Positions 9,663 through 20,244 are shown, numbered from the stretch's first letter. The stretch is 56,513 nt of DNA from an uncultured Rhizobiaceae bacterium (GCA_964427515.1 CAYRUX010000096.1:1-56513), one strand, 5' to 3'. The notes: a model not told the origin generated them from the sequence alone. Made by a program: numbers and translations.

Positions 9663-10934
9663 TTACTGGTGAAGATTAATGAATTGTGAAATTATATCGC
9701 CCATATATTCTATATTTTGAAAGCCTACGCCTGGATGAATTCCAACAAACACCATATTATCTCGAAGATAGCGGGCATTTTCTAGATTTCCAACGTTACG
9801 CCCTGGAGAACTCCTGAATGCTGGTTGATCCGGGAGACAACCAGCAAATAGTGGCCTCGTCTCGATATTATGTTTTTCAAGAAATTCAGCAAATTCACGA
9901 CGAGAAAATGGTGCTGATTCCTCTAATAATATAGGAAAAGTGTAATAGGTATGATAATAACCTTCAGCCTCAATAGTCGAAGACAAAAAACCATTAGACT
10001 TATTTTCCAAGACCTGAATTAACTTTGACGCATTTTCTCTCCGAGTATCGTTCATCTTATCAAGTTTTTTAAGCTGTTCGATTCCAAAAGCAGCTGCTAC
10101 GTCTGTCATACGCATGTTATAACCGAGGCGATCAAACACGTATCTTACGTCATATTCCTTCAGTACTTCATCAGAGTAATAACGAGCAGACCCCGCATCC
10201 GTATTTTTGTGCCGACCAAATTCCCTATAAGAGCGACAAAGAAGATCAAGTTCACCATCATTCGTAACGATCATCCCTCCCTCACCGGTGGTCATATTGT
10301 GAGCCACAAAAAAGCTAAACGTTGCAATATTACCAAAACTTCCGGTTTTTTTACCATGCAATGTAGAACCATGAGATTCACAACAATCCTCTATAACAGC
10401 TAGATCGTGCTGGAATGCAATTTCCATTAACTGGGTCATATCTGCTGGATATCCAAGTGTATGGACAGGCATTAATATTTTTGTTCGCTCAGATATAGCT
10501 CGCTGGGCTTCAACTGGGCAAATGTTCAAACTTTTCATATCAACATCAACGTATACTGGTGTTAAACCTGCCTGTATCACTGGCATTGATACCGTTGCGA
10601 ACGTCGTTGCCGGAAGAATCACTTCCGCACCGTCCTCAATACCGAAATGCTCTTTCAAAGCAAGTAACGCAATGAGATTAGAAGAAGACCCTGAATTCGT
10701 AGCAATTCCATTACTAGTACCAAAATACTGAGCCGCGTTTTCCTCAAACTCCTTAACGTTTGCTCCCTGCGAAATCATACCACTTAAGATAGTCGAGATT
10801 GCTCGCATCGCCTCACGTTCATCAAATGCTGGTGCACTTAATCGGACACCACTTGTCAAACCCCCACTTCGTGACGAAAGCCTGTCGTAGTAATCTTTTA
10901 CTATGGGAGCAATCTCCGAAATACACTTATCCAC
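9663..10934 (-). CDS. DegT/DnrJ/EryC1/StrS-family PLP/PMP enzyme with the sugar 3-dehydratase (E1/RfbH/ColD-like) signature
   Basis: NSGSSSNL and FSFFVAHNMTTGEGG. His212 (codon 10299-10301, cac on the minus strand) sits where aminotransferases have the Schiff-base Lys (compare FSFHAIKNIT-AEGG). Confidence 0.8.
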   Translation of the reverse strand: MDKCISEIAPIVKDYYDRLSSRSGGLTSGVRLSAPAFDEREAMRAISTILSGMISQGANVKEFEENAAQYFGTSNGIATNSGSSSNLIALLALKEHFGIEDGAEVILPATTFATVSMPVIQAGLTPVYVDVDMKSLNICPVEAQRAISERTKILMPVHTLGYPADMTQLMEIAFQHDLAVIEDCCESHGSTLHGKKTGSFGNIATFSFFVAHNMTTGEGGMIVTNDGELDLLCRSYREFGRHKNTDAGSARYYSDEVLKEYDVRYVFDRLGYNMRMTDVAAAFGIEQLKKLDKMNDTRRENASKLIQVLENKSNGFLSSTIEAEGYYHTYYTFPILLEESAPFSRREFAEFLEKHNIETRPLFAGCLPDQPAFRSSPGRNVGNLENARYLRDNMVFVGIHPGVGFQNIEYMGDIISQFINLHQ

Positions 10935-10958
10935 TGCTAACTCTCCTCACACGATATT

Positions 10959-11909
10959 TTACTCGTCATTTAGACCACAAACTAATTTTTTTAACCCCAT
11001 TTCCAGACTTACTTTTGGTTCCCAAGCTAAAAATTGACGAATATTAGTTAAGTCTGCCTCGTGACAATTATCGCCACTACGAACAGAAATAGCATCATCT
11101 TCAAATTGTATTGGCTTAGTTGCTTTTAAAACGCTAGCTAGTAACTTTACAGCGTCGCCAATGCTAGTTGCCTTTCCAGAACCAATATTTAATGCGTGAA
11201 CATCATTGGGGGAAAATTCGTTGTGCCCTATTTGAAGGCTTTTCAATACAGCGTCCACCACATCATCTATGTATATGAAATCACGCCTTATCTCAGGATT
11301 TCTAAATATAGCGGTAGGGGTATTATCAAGCAGTTTTTTTCTAGCAATTGAAATAAATTGATCTGCACCCGCGCCCACACCATAAGTTGTAAATATGCGA
11401 AATGCTGTGCTTTGAAAATCCCCAACACATGAGCGCGCATGAAGAACAGATTCAGCGCATAACTTTGACATACCAAGATTTTCAGAAGGAAATTTAGCCA
11501 TTTTTTCCTGAAATGGAGTGTTGGTGCATCCAGAATATACATAAACGCTACTAGCAAACAGAAATCGGGATGCCTTAGCTAGTAACGCAAAGTCAGCTAG
11601 CTCAGATGTGATTAGCACGTTTGACCTAAACTGATTGGTTCTATCGACAGACGCGACAAAGCTTCGACGATCTCCCGCAAAATGCAATATTGCTTCGACA
11701 GTACCAGGTAATCGCTTTTGAAGATTTCCGGCAAGAAGATCTAAGGTTATAAAATCAAAGTTTTTCAGGCTCTTTAGACTCTCTGGACATGCACTTCTCC
11801 CTACCCCGATTATAGTGTAATTGGGGTAATTTTTACAAAGTCCTTTAATCAGATTACCCCCGATAAAACCGCTCGCGCCAGTGACTATAAATGTTTTCGC
11901 AGTTGTCAT
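10959..11909 (-). CDS. Extended-SDR NAD-dependent epimerase/dehydratase-family protein with a non-canonical active site
   Basis: Rossmann motif TGASGFIGGNL and ASSVYVY. The expected YxxxK reads LGMSK (L145...K149). Confidence 0.75.
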   Translation of the reverse strand: MTTAKTFIVTGASGFIGGNLIKGLCKNYPNYTIIGVGRSACPESLKSLKNFDFITLDLLAGNLQKRLPGTVEAILHFAGDRRSFVASVDRTNQFRSNVLITSELADFALLAKASRFLFASSVYVYSGCTNTPFQEKMAKFPSENLGMSKLCAESVLHARSCVGDFQSTAFRIFTTYGVGAGADQFISIARKKLLDNTPTAIFRNPEIRRDFIYIDDVVDAVLKSLQIGHNEFSPNDVHALNIGSGKATSIGDAVKLLASVLKATKPIQFEDDAISVRSGDNCHEADLTNIRQFLAWEPKVSLEMGLKKLVCGLNDE

Positions 11910-12133
11910 GCTAACTCGTTATAATCTGCAAGGGGTTTGTTGGCCTTTGTAAACTTATATGGAACAATGTAGTTGGTTGAGAATCATACGAGACTTATTG
12001 GATCTCTGAATACTTTTTAATTTACTAATTTTTTTAATGAAAATCCTATCCCTACGAAAAGTTGATGGACTGTTCTACCATAGATAAAACAATAAAAGTT
12101 TCTTAAACTTAATGAAGTTATTGCACAATATCC

Positions 12134-13108
12134 TCAAGATGCAAGATGGCTATTATCAACATACCAATTAATTAAGCCCGGAAGCCCCTGCTCTAAGGTT
12201 ATACTTGGTGCGTAACCAAGATTTTGCAACTTTGAAATATCTGGGCACCTTTTTGAAGTAGCTCCAATTGGTTCTGAGGAAGGGATAAGGTGACCCTCAC
12301 GTTTAAAATATGCGAATATAAGATTAGCTATTTGTGAAATTTTTACTTCTTCAGTATTGCCAATATTATAAATCTCCCGGTGCAAACCCCTCTTAAGAAC
12401 AGTCTTCAGGCCATCTATAAAATCATTTATGTGCACAAAAGCCCGAGTTTGATTTCCATCACCCTGAATTTTAAATTGGATTGGACCATTAGGAGTTTTT
12501 CGAATTTCTTTTAGCGCTCTCAAGGAAAACTGCGGCAATACATGCTCCCAACCCATATCGGGGCCATATACATTGTGCGGTCTAAATATAGTTATACGGT
12601 CAAAATTTGTTAATTCATAATTGAGACAAATTAATTCGCTAATAATTTTTGACCCACCATATGAATAACGAGGGTTTTTGACATCAGGTACAACTAAGGG
12701 TACAGACTCACCTGTCGGAATTGAAGGTGGTGATTGATATACTTCAGAACTAGAGGCTAAAATCAAATCACCAATATTGTTTGAACGGCAAGCATCTACT
12801 ACATTTAGCATCCCCCTCACCCCAACATCTAATACAACCTCTGGTCTAGCATAAAAATGCTCGGTTCCATTAATAGCAGCAAGATGGATTACACTCTCAA
12901 CACCCTCAGAGGCCTGAGTAACAGCATCAAGGTCACGAATATCAGCATGCGTAAATTTAAAAGAGTCACTGAGGTCAGCTAAACGTCTCAGCGCCCCACG
13001 GGAATTGTTATCTAGAACACGAACGTCATGACCTTCCGTTACGAGCCGACGAACAAGAGCTGCACCAATAAAGCCCGTACCACCAGTTACTAAATATTTT
13101 TTTCCCAA
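12134..13108 (-). CDS. NAD-dependent nucleotide-sugar epimerase/dehydratase (extended SDR)
   Basis: TGGTGFIGAAL, SSSEVY and a canonical YGGSK (YxxxK). TTG start directly before the glycine motif. Confidence 0.85.
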   Translation of the reverse strand: MGKKYLVTGGTGFIGAALVRRLVTEGHDVRVLDNNSRGALRRLADLSDSFKFTHADIRDLDAVTQASEGVESVIHLAAINGTEHFYARPEVVLDVGVRGMLNVVDACRSNNIGDLILASSSEVYQSPPSIPTGESVPLVVPDVKNPRYSYGGSKIISELICLNYELTNFDRITIFRPHNVYGPDMGWEHVLPQFSLRALKEIRKTPNGPIQFKIQGDGNQTRAFVHINDFIDGLKTVLKRGLHREIYNIGNTEEVKISQIANLIFAYFKREGHLIPSSEPIGATSKRCPDISKLQNLGYAPSITLEQGLPGLINWYVDNSHLAS

Positions 13109-13119
13109 TTTTTACTTTC

Positions 13120-14460
13120 CTAAACCTCAGACAAACTGTGTGCACCTAGTGAAATATATCGTACTCTAGATGCTAGAGATAATTTTCTATCAGAAAAATT
13201 ATTCCAAAAATCATAAATTAGTCCTGGCTTTTGCATTCTTGCCGATAACCTACCTATCGCCATAGAAGAGAAAATAGGATGATTGTTAGCTATAAGCACT
13301 ATATCAGCCGTATCAAATGCTTTTTCTATGTTTTCAATAGGTTGTAATCCAAACTCCTTGATGTCATTAGATGATACTACATCATCAAAACCATAAAATT
13401 CTGCTTTGGGGTACATACCTTCAAGAGCCTCAAAGATTGGCTGAGCCATTGTTCCTCTTAAATCATTTGTTATAGGTCGCCCTTTGAAAGCTAGACCCAT
13501 TATTGTAACTTTTCTTACTCTAATATTTTCTGAATATGCAACTTCTGCAACATAGTTAACGCACTCGAGAGGTAATCGTTCATTCACACCACGGGCGGCC
13601 ATGGAAATGTGGGGCTCCACTCCGAGTTCCCGCATTGTTTCAGCTAATATGTGTGGATCTTTTTCTAGGCAGGGGCCGCCGACTGGCCCTGGGACTGCTA
13701 AGTTTGTTCTAGGATAACCAAGTTTACCCGCTTTAATCACCTCAAAAGCATTAACTCCAATTGCATCACACATGTGAGCCACCTCATTTGCAAAAGCAAA
13801 TTGAACATCCCGTAATGTGTTGTCTACTAATTTAATCATTTCAGCAGTTTCCAAATTTGCAACCTGAACAACAGTTGGGGTCAAAAACTGAAAAAGTTCT
13901 GCCGCTCTTATATTGCTGGACATGTCAATCCCACTTACGATTTGAGGTAAGTTATGTATTTCCTCTAGAGCTTTACCTTCCAATGTACGTTCCGGACAAA
14001 AAGCAAGATTAAAATTAACCCCCACCTTTTTTAAAATAGGAAGAACAATTTTTTGTGTACTACCAACCTTAACTGTTGACCTCAAGATTACTAGATCATT
14101 TTCTTTTAAGCTTTTCGCGACATCAGCAGCTACTCGTTCAACCATATCAAAACGAGCACGGCCTTTTTCACTTAACGGTGTGCCAACTGTAATAATATAT
14201 ACGGTAGATCCATTTTCAGGTGGTATTTTACTAGATATATTAAGGCTTCCGTCCTCAATTACCCGTAATAATGTTTCGTCCAAATTCGGCTCATAAAAAT
14301 GAGCCCTACCGGTCGCTAAATTTTTTAGTATATCTTTTCGGATTTCAATACCCGTAACTTGAAAACCAGCTTCAGCCATAGCAACAGCCAGAGTTAAGCC
14401 GACAAAACCCAACCCTATTATGCATACTGACCGGTCATGAAAATTTTCAGGAACTAACAA
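13120..14460 (-). CDS. Nucleotide-sugar dehydrogenase (UDP-glucose/GDP-mannose dehydrogenase family)
   Basis: N-terminal IIGLGFVGLTLA Rossmann motif and GGPCLEKD (catalytic Cys region). 446 aa. TTG start. Confidence 0.85.
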   Translation of the reverse strand: MLVPENFHDRSVCIIGLGFVGLTLAVAMAEAGFQVTGIEIRKDILKNLATGRAHFYEPNLDETLLRVIEDGSLNISSKIPPENGSTVYIITVGTPLSEKGRARFDMVERVAADVAKSLKENDLVILRSTVKVGSTQKIVLPILKKVGVNFNLAFCPERTLEGKALEEIHNLPQIVSGIDMSSNIRAAELFQFLTPTVVQVANLETAEMIKLVDNTLRDVQFAFANEVAHMCDAIGVNAFEVIKAGKLGYPRTNLAVPGPVGGPCLEKDPHILAETMRELGVEPHISMAARGVNERLPLECVNYVAEVAYSENIRVRKVTIMGLAFKGRPITNDLRGTMAQPIFEALEGMYPKAEFYGFDDVVSSNDIKEFGLQPIENIEKAFDTADIVLIANNHPIFSSMAIGRLSARMQKPGLIYDFWNNFSDRKLSLASRVRYISLGAHSLSEV

Positions 14461-14708
14461 TATATTTATCAGCCTCCAAAAGCTATTTACTAATCCTTAT
14501 CTCTAAGGTTCTAACCAAAAGTGTTAAAGAATTCTCATATAAAGAAAATCTCAGATTACAAAAAACACCATATTCATAAACTAATGACAACTACAATGAC
14601 ATTGCCGACTTTGTTTCGATAAAATGGTTACACAATTACTTAGTATCTGAAATCACAATCAAATATTATTAATTCGACCTAACAGCATAAACACCTACCT
14701 CACTAAAA

Positions 14709-14784
<76 letters not shown>

Positions 14785-14981
14785 ATATAGTATTTCTACA
14801 AACAGTACATGCTAAGGCGGCGGATAATGTGATTGCTCTACGGTGCTGTCAATAGTGGCTCTAAATATTAATTAATTACCATTAAAAACGAATAAACTAG
14901 AAAAGCTAGCTCTCGTGTATGTTTTAGATATAATGGAAGATACCTCTAGTGATACATTCCAACCAAAAGAATGTTTGCCAT

Positions 14982-15260
14982 ATGAATGCACTTGCCAACC
15001 TAATTGATACTATTTTAACCTTATATATTATTGTTTTACTGGCCTCGGTAATTATGAGCTGGCTGGTTTCATTTAGGGTTTTAAATACACAGAATCAATT
15101 TGTTTTTACCTTAATTCGGTTTTTATACCGGATTACTGAACCTCCACTGAGACCAATTCGGAAGATCATACCTAATTTAGGTGGTTTAGATATTTCTCCC
15201 GTTATTTTGGTCATTATTTTATATTTTATTAGGGATATTATAGTGGATAATATCCGTTAG
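14982..15260 (+). CDS. yggT: YggT-family membrane protein
   Basis: Small two-helix membrane protein with YGGT-like LLASVIMSWLV...FRVLN and GGLDISPV segments. I prefer the ATG at 14982 over the GTG at 14949. Confidence 0.7.
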   Translation: MNALANLIDTILTLYIIVLLASVIMSWLVSFRVLNTQNQFVFTLIRFLYRITEPPLRPIRKIIPNLGGLDISPVILVIILYFIRDIIVDNIR

Positions 15261-15561
15261 GTCGTGAGTTAAGAAATATAAAAATCAAACCTTTCGCTGC
15301 CCCCCTTACCTAATCGGAACGAAATCTAATGTGGCCAATTAAAAAATGGGCTCGCAATTCATTAAAAACTAAAATTGTATGCGCTAACTGGAACCAAAAA
15401 ATGCCATAACGCGGAATATTGATCTATTCACTAGCCTAGGATCATCAATTATTTCTTTGATCTCGCTATCTCACTTTCTTGGGTTAAATTGAAGACTGTA
15501 CAAATGCTGCACAAAATAATAGTTCTAATACTAACCATTACAAATCAGTCGGTGAATATAA

Positions 15562-16452
15562 ATGAATGAAACAACAATTATTTCGGGTAAAGATTTTGCA
15601 AAGAACCTGAGAAAAGATATTGGACGCAAGGTATCAATCCTAAAAGAGAGCCATGGTATAACGCCAAGCTTGTCCGTCATTCTTGTCGGCAAGGATCCTG
15701 CAAGTGAGGTATATGTTCGCAATAAAGGTAAGGCTACGATTGAGGCTGGAATGAAGTCAGATACCTATAATCTCCCAGAAACTACTAGTCATGACGTAGT
15801 ACTAGAAAAGGTAGCATTACTAAATAATGATCCGACTGTTCATGGAATACTTGTTCAATTACCTCTTCCCGAGCAAATTTTTACAGACGAGATTATAAAT
15901 TCTATAAACCCAGATAAGGATGTTGATGGCTTTCATACCTTGAATGTTGGACGTCTCAATAGTGGACAGAACGCAATGGTACCGTGCACCCCTGTCGGGT
16001 GCATGCTTATGCTTAAGGATTTAATTGGTGATCTCTCCGGGAAACAAGCCATTGTAGTTGGTCGTTCGAATATTGTTGGAAAACCTATGGCAGCGCTTTT
16101 ATTGCGTGAAAACTGTACAGTCACTATAGCTCACTCCCGCACAAAAGATTTAGAAGCCGAATGCAGAAGGGCAGATATAGTTATTGCGGCCGTTGGTCGT
16201 GCGAGAATGGTGCGGGGAAGTTGGATAAAGCCGGGAGCAGTAGTTATTGATGTGGGTATTAACAGAATAGACGACAATACTACCAAATCAGGAACACGAT
16301 TAGTTGGAGATGTTCACTTTGAGGAAGCTGCCATTGTAGCAAGTGCAATCACTCCTGTGCCTGGGGGTGTTGGCCCAATGACAATTGCTTGTTTACTTAA
16401 AAATACTTTAACTGCTGCCTGTCGGCAGGCAGGAATTTCCGAGCCGGATTAA
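15562..16452 (+). CDS. folD: Bifunctional methylenetetrahydrofolate dehydrogenase / methenyltetrahydrofolate cyclohydrolase
   Basis: [36 protein letters not shown] and PGGVGPMT are hallmark FolD motifs. Confidence 0.95.
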   Translation: MNETTIISGKDFAKNLRKDIGRKVSILKESHGITPSLSVILVGKDPASEVYVRNKGKATIEAGMKSDTYNLPETTSHDVVLEKVALLNNDPTVHGILVQLPLPEQIFTDEIINSINPDKDVDGFHTLNVGRLNSGQNAMVPCTPVGCMLMLKDLIGDLSGKQAIVVGRSNIVGKPMAALLLRENCTVTIAHSRTKDLEAECRRADIVIAAVGRARMVRGSWIKPGAVVIDVGINRIDDNTTKSGTRLVGDVHFEEAAIVASAITPVPGGVGPMTIACLLKNTLTAACRQAGISEPD

Positions 16453-16549
16453 TGAAATGAAGCAATTAAAAGTTTACGTAGCGGCTATTTCGTCTAACTT
16501 TCTTTTAGAAGGACAACTCTTTAGAATCTAAAATCAATAAGTATGTACC

Positions 16550-17779
16550 TCATAAGTTATCTTCCAAAACTTTTGCCCTAAGTCTAAGTCGCAATGCATT
16601 CAGTTTTATAAAACCTTCAGCATCGCGTTGATCATATACCGAGTCTGATTCGAATGTAGCAAAGTCTGCATCGTAAAGGCTATTTTTTGAACTTCGGCCC
16701 TCTATATATATCGCACCTTTGTAAAGTTTTAATCTAACAACTCCATTAACCAATTTCTGACTTTCATCTATCGCAGCCTGAATCATTTCCCGTTCCGGAG
16801 AAAACCAAAGTCCATTATATATTAACTCTGCGTATTTTGGCATCAACTCATCCTTAAAATGAGAAGCACCTCGGTCAAGACAAAGTGACTCAATAGCTTT
16901 ACGAGCCTTTAATAAAACGGTACCGCCAGGTGTTTCATACACTCCCCTAGATTTCATTCCAACAAACCTATTTTCAACAATGTCTACCCTGCCAATACCA
17001 TGCACGCCCGCAAACTCATTAAGTTGCTCTAAAAGTTTTGCTGGAGAACGTTTCATACCATCGATAGATATTGGATCACCACCTTTAAATTCTATTTCAA
17101 TTACCTGTGGTTTATCCGGAGCAGATTCTGGAGATACTGTTCGGGTAAATATGTCGTCATCAGGAGCAACCCATGGATCCTCTAATGCCTTACCTTCATA
17201 TGAAATATGCAATAAATTTGAATCCGTCGAATACGGGGGTTCGCCTCTTTTGTCTCTTGGAATCGGTATTTGGTATTTCTCAGCATAATTAACTAAATCC
17301 TCCCGAGAAGAAAGTTTCCACTCCCGCCAAGGCGCAATAATTTGCATATTTGGATCACAAGCATAGTACCCTAATTCAAATCGAACCTGATCATTACCTT
17401 TGCCTGTAGCGCCATGACAAACGGCATCAGCTCCAACTTCATGAGCGATTTCAATTTGCCGTTTAGCAATTAGAGGGCGAGCAATTGAAGTTCCTAAAAG
17501 ATATTCACCCTCGTAAATTGCATTGCCTCGAAACATAGGGAATACATAATCTTTAACAAATTCTTCTTGCAAATCCTCAATATAAATTTGGGAAACTCCC
17601 ATTGCTACAGCCTTGGTACGTACTGGTTCTAATTCTTCCCCCTGACCGAGATCAGCCGTGAAGGTTATTACCTCACAATCATAATGTTCTTGAAGCCAGC
17701 GCAAAATAATGGATGTATCAAGACCTCCAGAATAAGCAAGCACTACTTTTTTAATTGATTTTTTATAGGGTCTAGTCAT
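16550..17779 (-). CDS. argG: Argininosuccinate synthase
   Basis: [12 protein letters not shown]-binding motif and [13 protein letters not shown]. 409 aa. Confidence 0.95.
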   Translation of the reverse strand: MTRPYKKSIKKVVLAYSGGLDTSIILRWLQEHYDCEVITFTADLGQGEELEPVRTKAVAMGVSQIYIEDLQEEFVKDYVFPMFRGNAIYEGEYLLGTSIARPLIAKRQIEIAHEVGADAVCHGATGKGNDQVRFELGYYACDPNMQIIAPWREWKLSSREDLVNYAEKYQIPIPRDKRGEPPYSTDSNLLHISYEGKALEDPWVAPDDDIFTRTVSPESAPDKPQVIEIEFKGGDPISIDGMKRSPAKLLEQLNEFAGVHGIGRVDIVENRFVGMKSRGVYETPGGTVLLKARKAIESLCLDRGASHFKDELMPKYAELIYNGLWFSPEREMIQAAIDESQKLVNGVVRLKLYKGAIYIEGRSSKNSLYDADFATFESDSVYDQRDAEGFIKLNALRLRLRAKVLEDNL

Positions 17780-17862
17780 AACGATTTACCAAATATTGAT
17801 CAGATAACCTACAATATAAGGGAACTCACTTATGCTTCAAGCAAAGCATTTTAAACGAAACA

Positions 17863-18177
17863 CTAATTAAATTTTTCTTCGCTCTTTTCCCGGTTTTTCG
17901 ATGACTTTATGTTTCTACTTTTACCATCAGTGCTTTCAACCTCAAAACTTGGCCATGGTATAAATGCGAATACCCAAATCATAATTGCCGGAACGATATA
18001 TGGCACGAGTAATAAATATGGGATTCGGAGTATGCTAGCAAAAATTGTTCCTGCCAAGGAAAGTAGTAGAAGAAAGGCCCACCAATTATTAATTCCAGAT
18101 TTTCCTAGAATTCTCCAATAACACCAGATAGTTATTCCAAGGGTAATTAACATTAACATATTTTGGACTGACAACAT
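17863..18177 (-). CDS. Small membrane protein, paralog of the upstream 63-aa ORF, with a charged C-terminal tail
   Basis: 104 aa with multiple hydrophobic helices. Shares the pattern [YW]-x-RI-x3-G-x3-WW ... WP with ORF 18190..18381. Confidence 0.45.
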   Translation of the reverse strand: MLSVQNMLMLITLGITIWCYWRILGKSGINNWWAFLLLLSLAGTIFASILRIPYLLLVPYIVPAIMIWVFAFIPWPSFEVESTDGKSRNIKSSKNREKSEEKFN

Positions 18178-18189
18178 AAGATAATGACC

Positions 18190-18381
18190 TTAACGACCAA
18201 ATGGATGTTTGGGCCAACGGCATATTGCTAAAATGTAGGCAGTTATGGGCAATCCAATAATTGGGATAAACACTATTACTGCTGGCCACCAAGGCAACCC
18301 CGTCCGCCGACATATTCGTAAAATTGGATAAAATACTACAATTGCAAAAAGAATGGAAAAAACTATTGAGGGTGGTAACAT
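18190..18381 (-). CDS. Small membrane protein (DUF5684-like pattern)
   Basis: 63 aa with two hydrophobic helices (FYPILRICRRTGLPWWPAVIVFIPIIG...CRWP). Sits 8 nt downstream of the rlmN stop on the same strand. Confidence 0.45.
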   Translation of the reverse strand: MLPPSIVFSILFAIVVFYPILRICRRTGLPWWPAVIVFIPIIGLPITAYILAICRWPKHPFGR

Positions 18382-18388
18382 TGGTTGT

Positions 18389-19543
18389 TCAAACCACTTC
18401 GTTAGTTACTGATGCATTGAATAAAGTAGAGCGACCCAAGTAGGATCTCTTTATTTTAATACTTTCTGACCGCAGTTGGCCACAGGCAGCTAATATGTCA
18501 CGTCCTCGTGGTGTTCGAACCGGTGAAGAATAACCGGCCGAATTAATTATCTCAGAAAATTTCTTAATTCTTTCCGGTGTTGAGCACTCATAACCAGCGT
18601 TTGGCCAAGTATTAAAAGGAATGAGATTTACCTTAGATGGAATACCTGCAATTAACCGAACCAAAGATTTCGCATCGGCATTCGTATCATTAATCCCTTT
18701 AAGCATAACATACTCAAAGGTAATGCGCCTAGCGTTAGAGGATCGCGGGTATTGTCTACACGCCTCAATCAACTCCTCAAGCGGATATTTTCGATTAATG
18801 GGCATTAACTTATCTCGCAATTCATTAGTTGTTGCATGTAAGGAAATTGCTAAATTTACCCCCAATTCCTTACCACAACGCTCAATAAAAGGCACCACGC
18901 CCGCCGTGGAAAGAGTATTCTTTCTCCTGGAAATAGAAAACCCTTCCGGATCCATAGCAATTTGAATTGCCTTGTTAACATTTTCATAATTGAATAGTGG
19001 CTCGCCCATTCCCATCATAACAATATTAGAAATGAGCCTCACATTTTTTTCTGCTGGCCAATCTTTACAAACATCCTTAGCTATCAAAAACTGTGAAACT
19101 ATTTCGCGGGCGCTCAAATTTCTAACTAACCTCTGTGTACCAGTATGGCAAAAACCACATGTTAATGTGCATCCTACTTGGGAAGACATGCATATCGCTC
19201 CCCGATCTTTCTCTGGAATAAACACGCTTTCGGCCTCTTGACCATCATCAAATCTGATCAACCATTTAAATGTACCATCTTCGGAAATTTGTTCGTTTAA
19301 GATCTCAGGTCTCTTCAGTGAATAATGTGTAGCCAGCGCGTCTTGTAGAGGAACATTCAATGTCGACATTTTAGAAAAGTCTGTAACACCATGATGGTAT
19401 ACCCAATGCCATAATTGCTTAGCGCGTAACTTGGAGCTCTTTGCAGACTCACCTAATCCTTGAAAAATAGTCGCCAATTCAGAGCGATCCATACCTATCA
19501 GGTTTTGAGTTTCTTTTGGTTTTTTATTAACGGTATTGGTCAT
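18389..19543 (-). CDS. rlmN: 23S rRNA/tRNA adenine-C2 methyltransferase, radical SAM
   Basis: CxxxCxxC cluster motif (GCTLTCGFCHTG), MGMGEPL, and the C-terminal catalytic Cys region (AACGQL). The ATG at 19543 or the TTG at 19564 are both possible starts. Confidence 0.9.
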   Translation of the reverse strand: MTNTVNKKPKETQNLIGMDRSELATIFQGLGESAKSSKLRAKQLWHWVYHHGVTDFSKMSTLNVPLQDALATHYSLKRPEILNEQISEDGTFKWLIRFDDGQEAESVFIPEKDRGAICMSSQVGCTLTCGFCHTGTQRLVRNLSAREIVSQFLIAKDVCKDWPAEKNVRLISNIVMMGMGEPLFNYENVNKAIQIAMDPEGFSISRRKNTLSTAGVVPFIERCGKELGVNLAISLHATTNELRDKLMPINRKYPLEELIEACRQYPRSSNARRITFEYVMLKGINDTNADAKSLVRLIAGIPSKVNLIPFNTWPNAGYECSTPERIKKFSEIINSAGYSSPVRTPRGRDILAACGQLRSESIKIKRSYLGRSTLFNASVTNEVV

Positions 19544-19619
19544 ATAACTAGCATATAAGTACAATTGCTAAAATACTGGTAAACACACTCTGATTTATTC
19601 ATTGCACTTAATTCTTAAT

Positions 19620-20144
19620 TCAGGAGCAGGCCTTAACGATAGACTTATAGGTAGCAGTGAACCCCTGTAATGAATACGTATCCAAAGAGAAAGTACCTTT
19701 TTGGGATACTCCCTTTACTGTTAATTTATTGCCTTTTATCATGGCTTTAATTACCGCTTTGTCCTTACCGTCATTAACCCATGCGTGTTCCTTCTCAACA
19801 ACATCAAAACTTATAGTTTTGCCATCTACAGTCACCTTTATCGCAATACCCTTTTTGTATGGATAACCGGAAGTAACACTAACCTCTTCAGTTATCTTAG
19901 TATTCTTACGGCGTGTAACCATAATATTAGGTTCACTACGTTTTTTAAAATTACCAGTTGAAGCCTTTGGGAGGCTAAACATATAACAAATTGATGTGCC
20001 ATTTTCCTTGTATTTATAGGATTCCCAATCATTCTTTTTGAAGATCTGTTGCTGTGCACCAGCATTTCCATTCAAAACGACAACTAAAGCAAATACAGCT
20101 ACAAAAAAAAGTGAGTTTAGTTTCCAGTTATATAAGAAGATCAT
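19620..20144 (-). CDS. Invasion-associated locus B (IalB)-like secreted protein
   Basis: Signal-peptide-like N-terminus (LFFVAVFALVVVLNGNAGA), size near 170 aa, and W..Y...NG.SICYM resembling the IalB family. Confidence 0.55.
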   Translation of the reverse strand: MIFLYNWKLNSLFFVAVFALVVVLNGNAGAQQQIFKKNDWESYKYKENGTSICYMFSLPKASTGNFKKRSEPNIMVTRRKNTKITEEVSVTSGYPYKKGIAIKVTVDGKTISFDVVEKEHAWVNDGKDKAVIKAMIKGNKLTVKGVSQKGTFSLDTYSLQGFTATYKSIVKACS

Positions 20145-20244
20145 AAACGAGCTTTATCAAGTTCTTGAACATAATGTAAAGATAAATCTTTATTCCACTC
20201 TACGCTAGGGTGTTTTCATACACCAGATATATATCAAATAACCT

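Noticed and set aside
6253-14708. Integrase or att direct repeat marking a mobile island at tRNA-Ala
   Set aside because: I looked for a copy of the tRNA 3' segment (tggtggagccgaggggaatcgaacc or its parts) in the intergenic regions at 6253-6472, 7082-7276 and 14461-14708 and found none. No integrase or transposase ORF is present. It is therefore reported only as a tRNA-adjacent locus.
15261-15561. 300-nt yggT-folD spacer as a hiding place for a small gene or ncRNA
   Set aside because: It contains only a 25-codon ORF without a Shine-Dalgarno sequence and shows no convincing secondary structure or repeats. There is no positive evidence.
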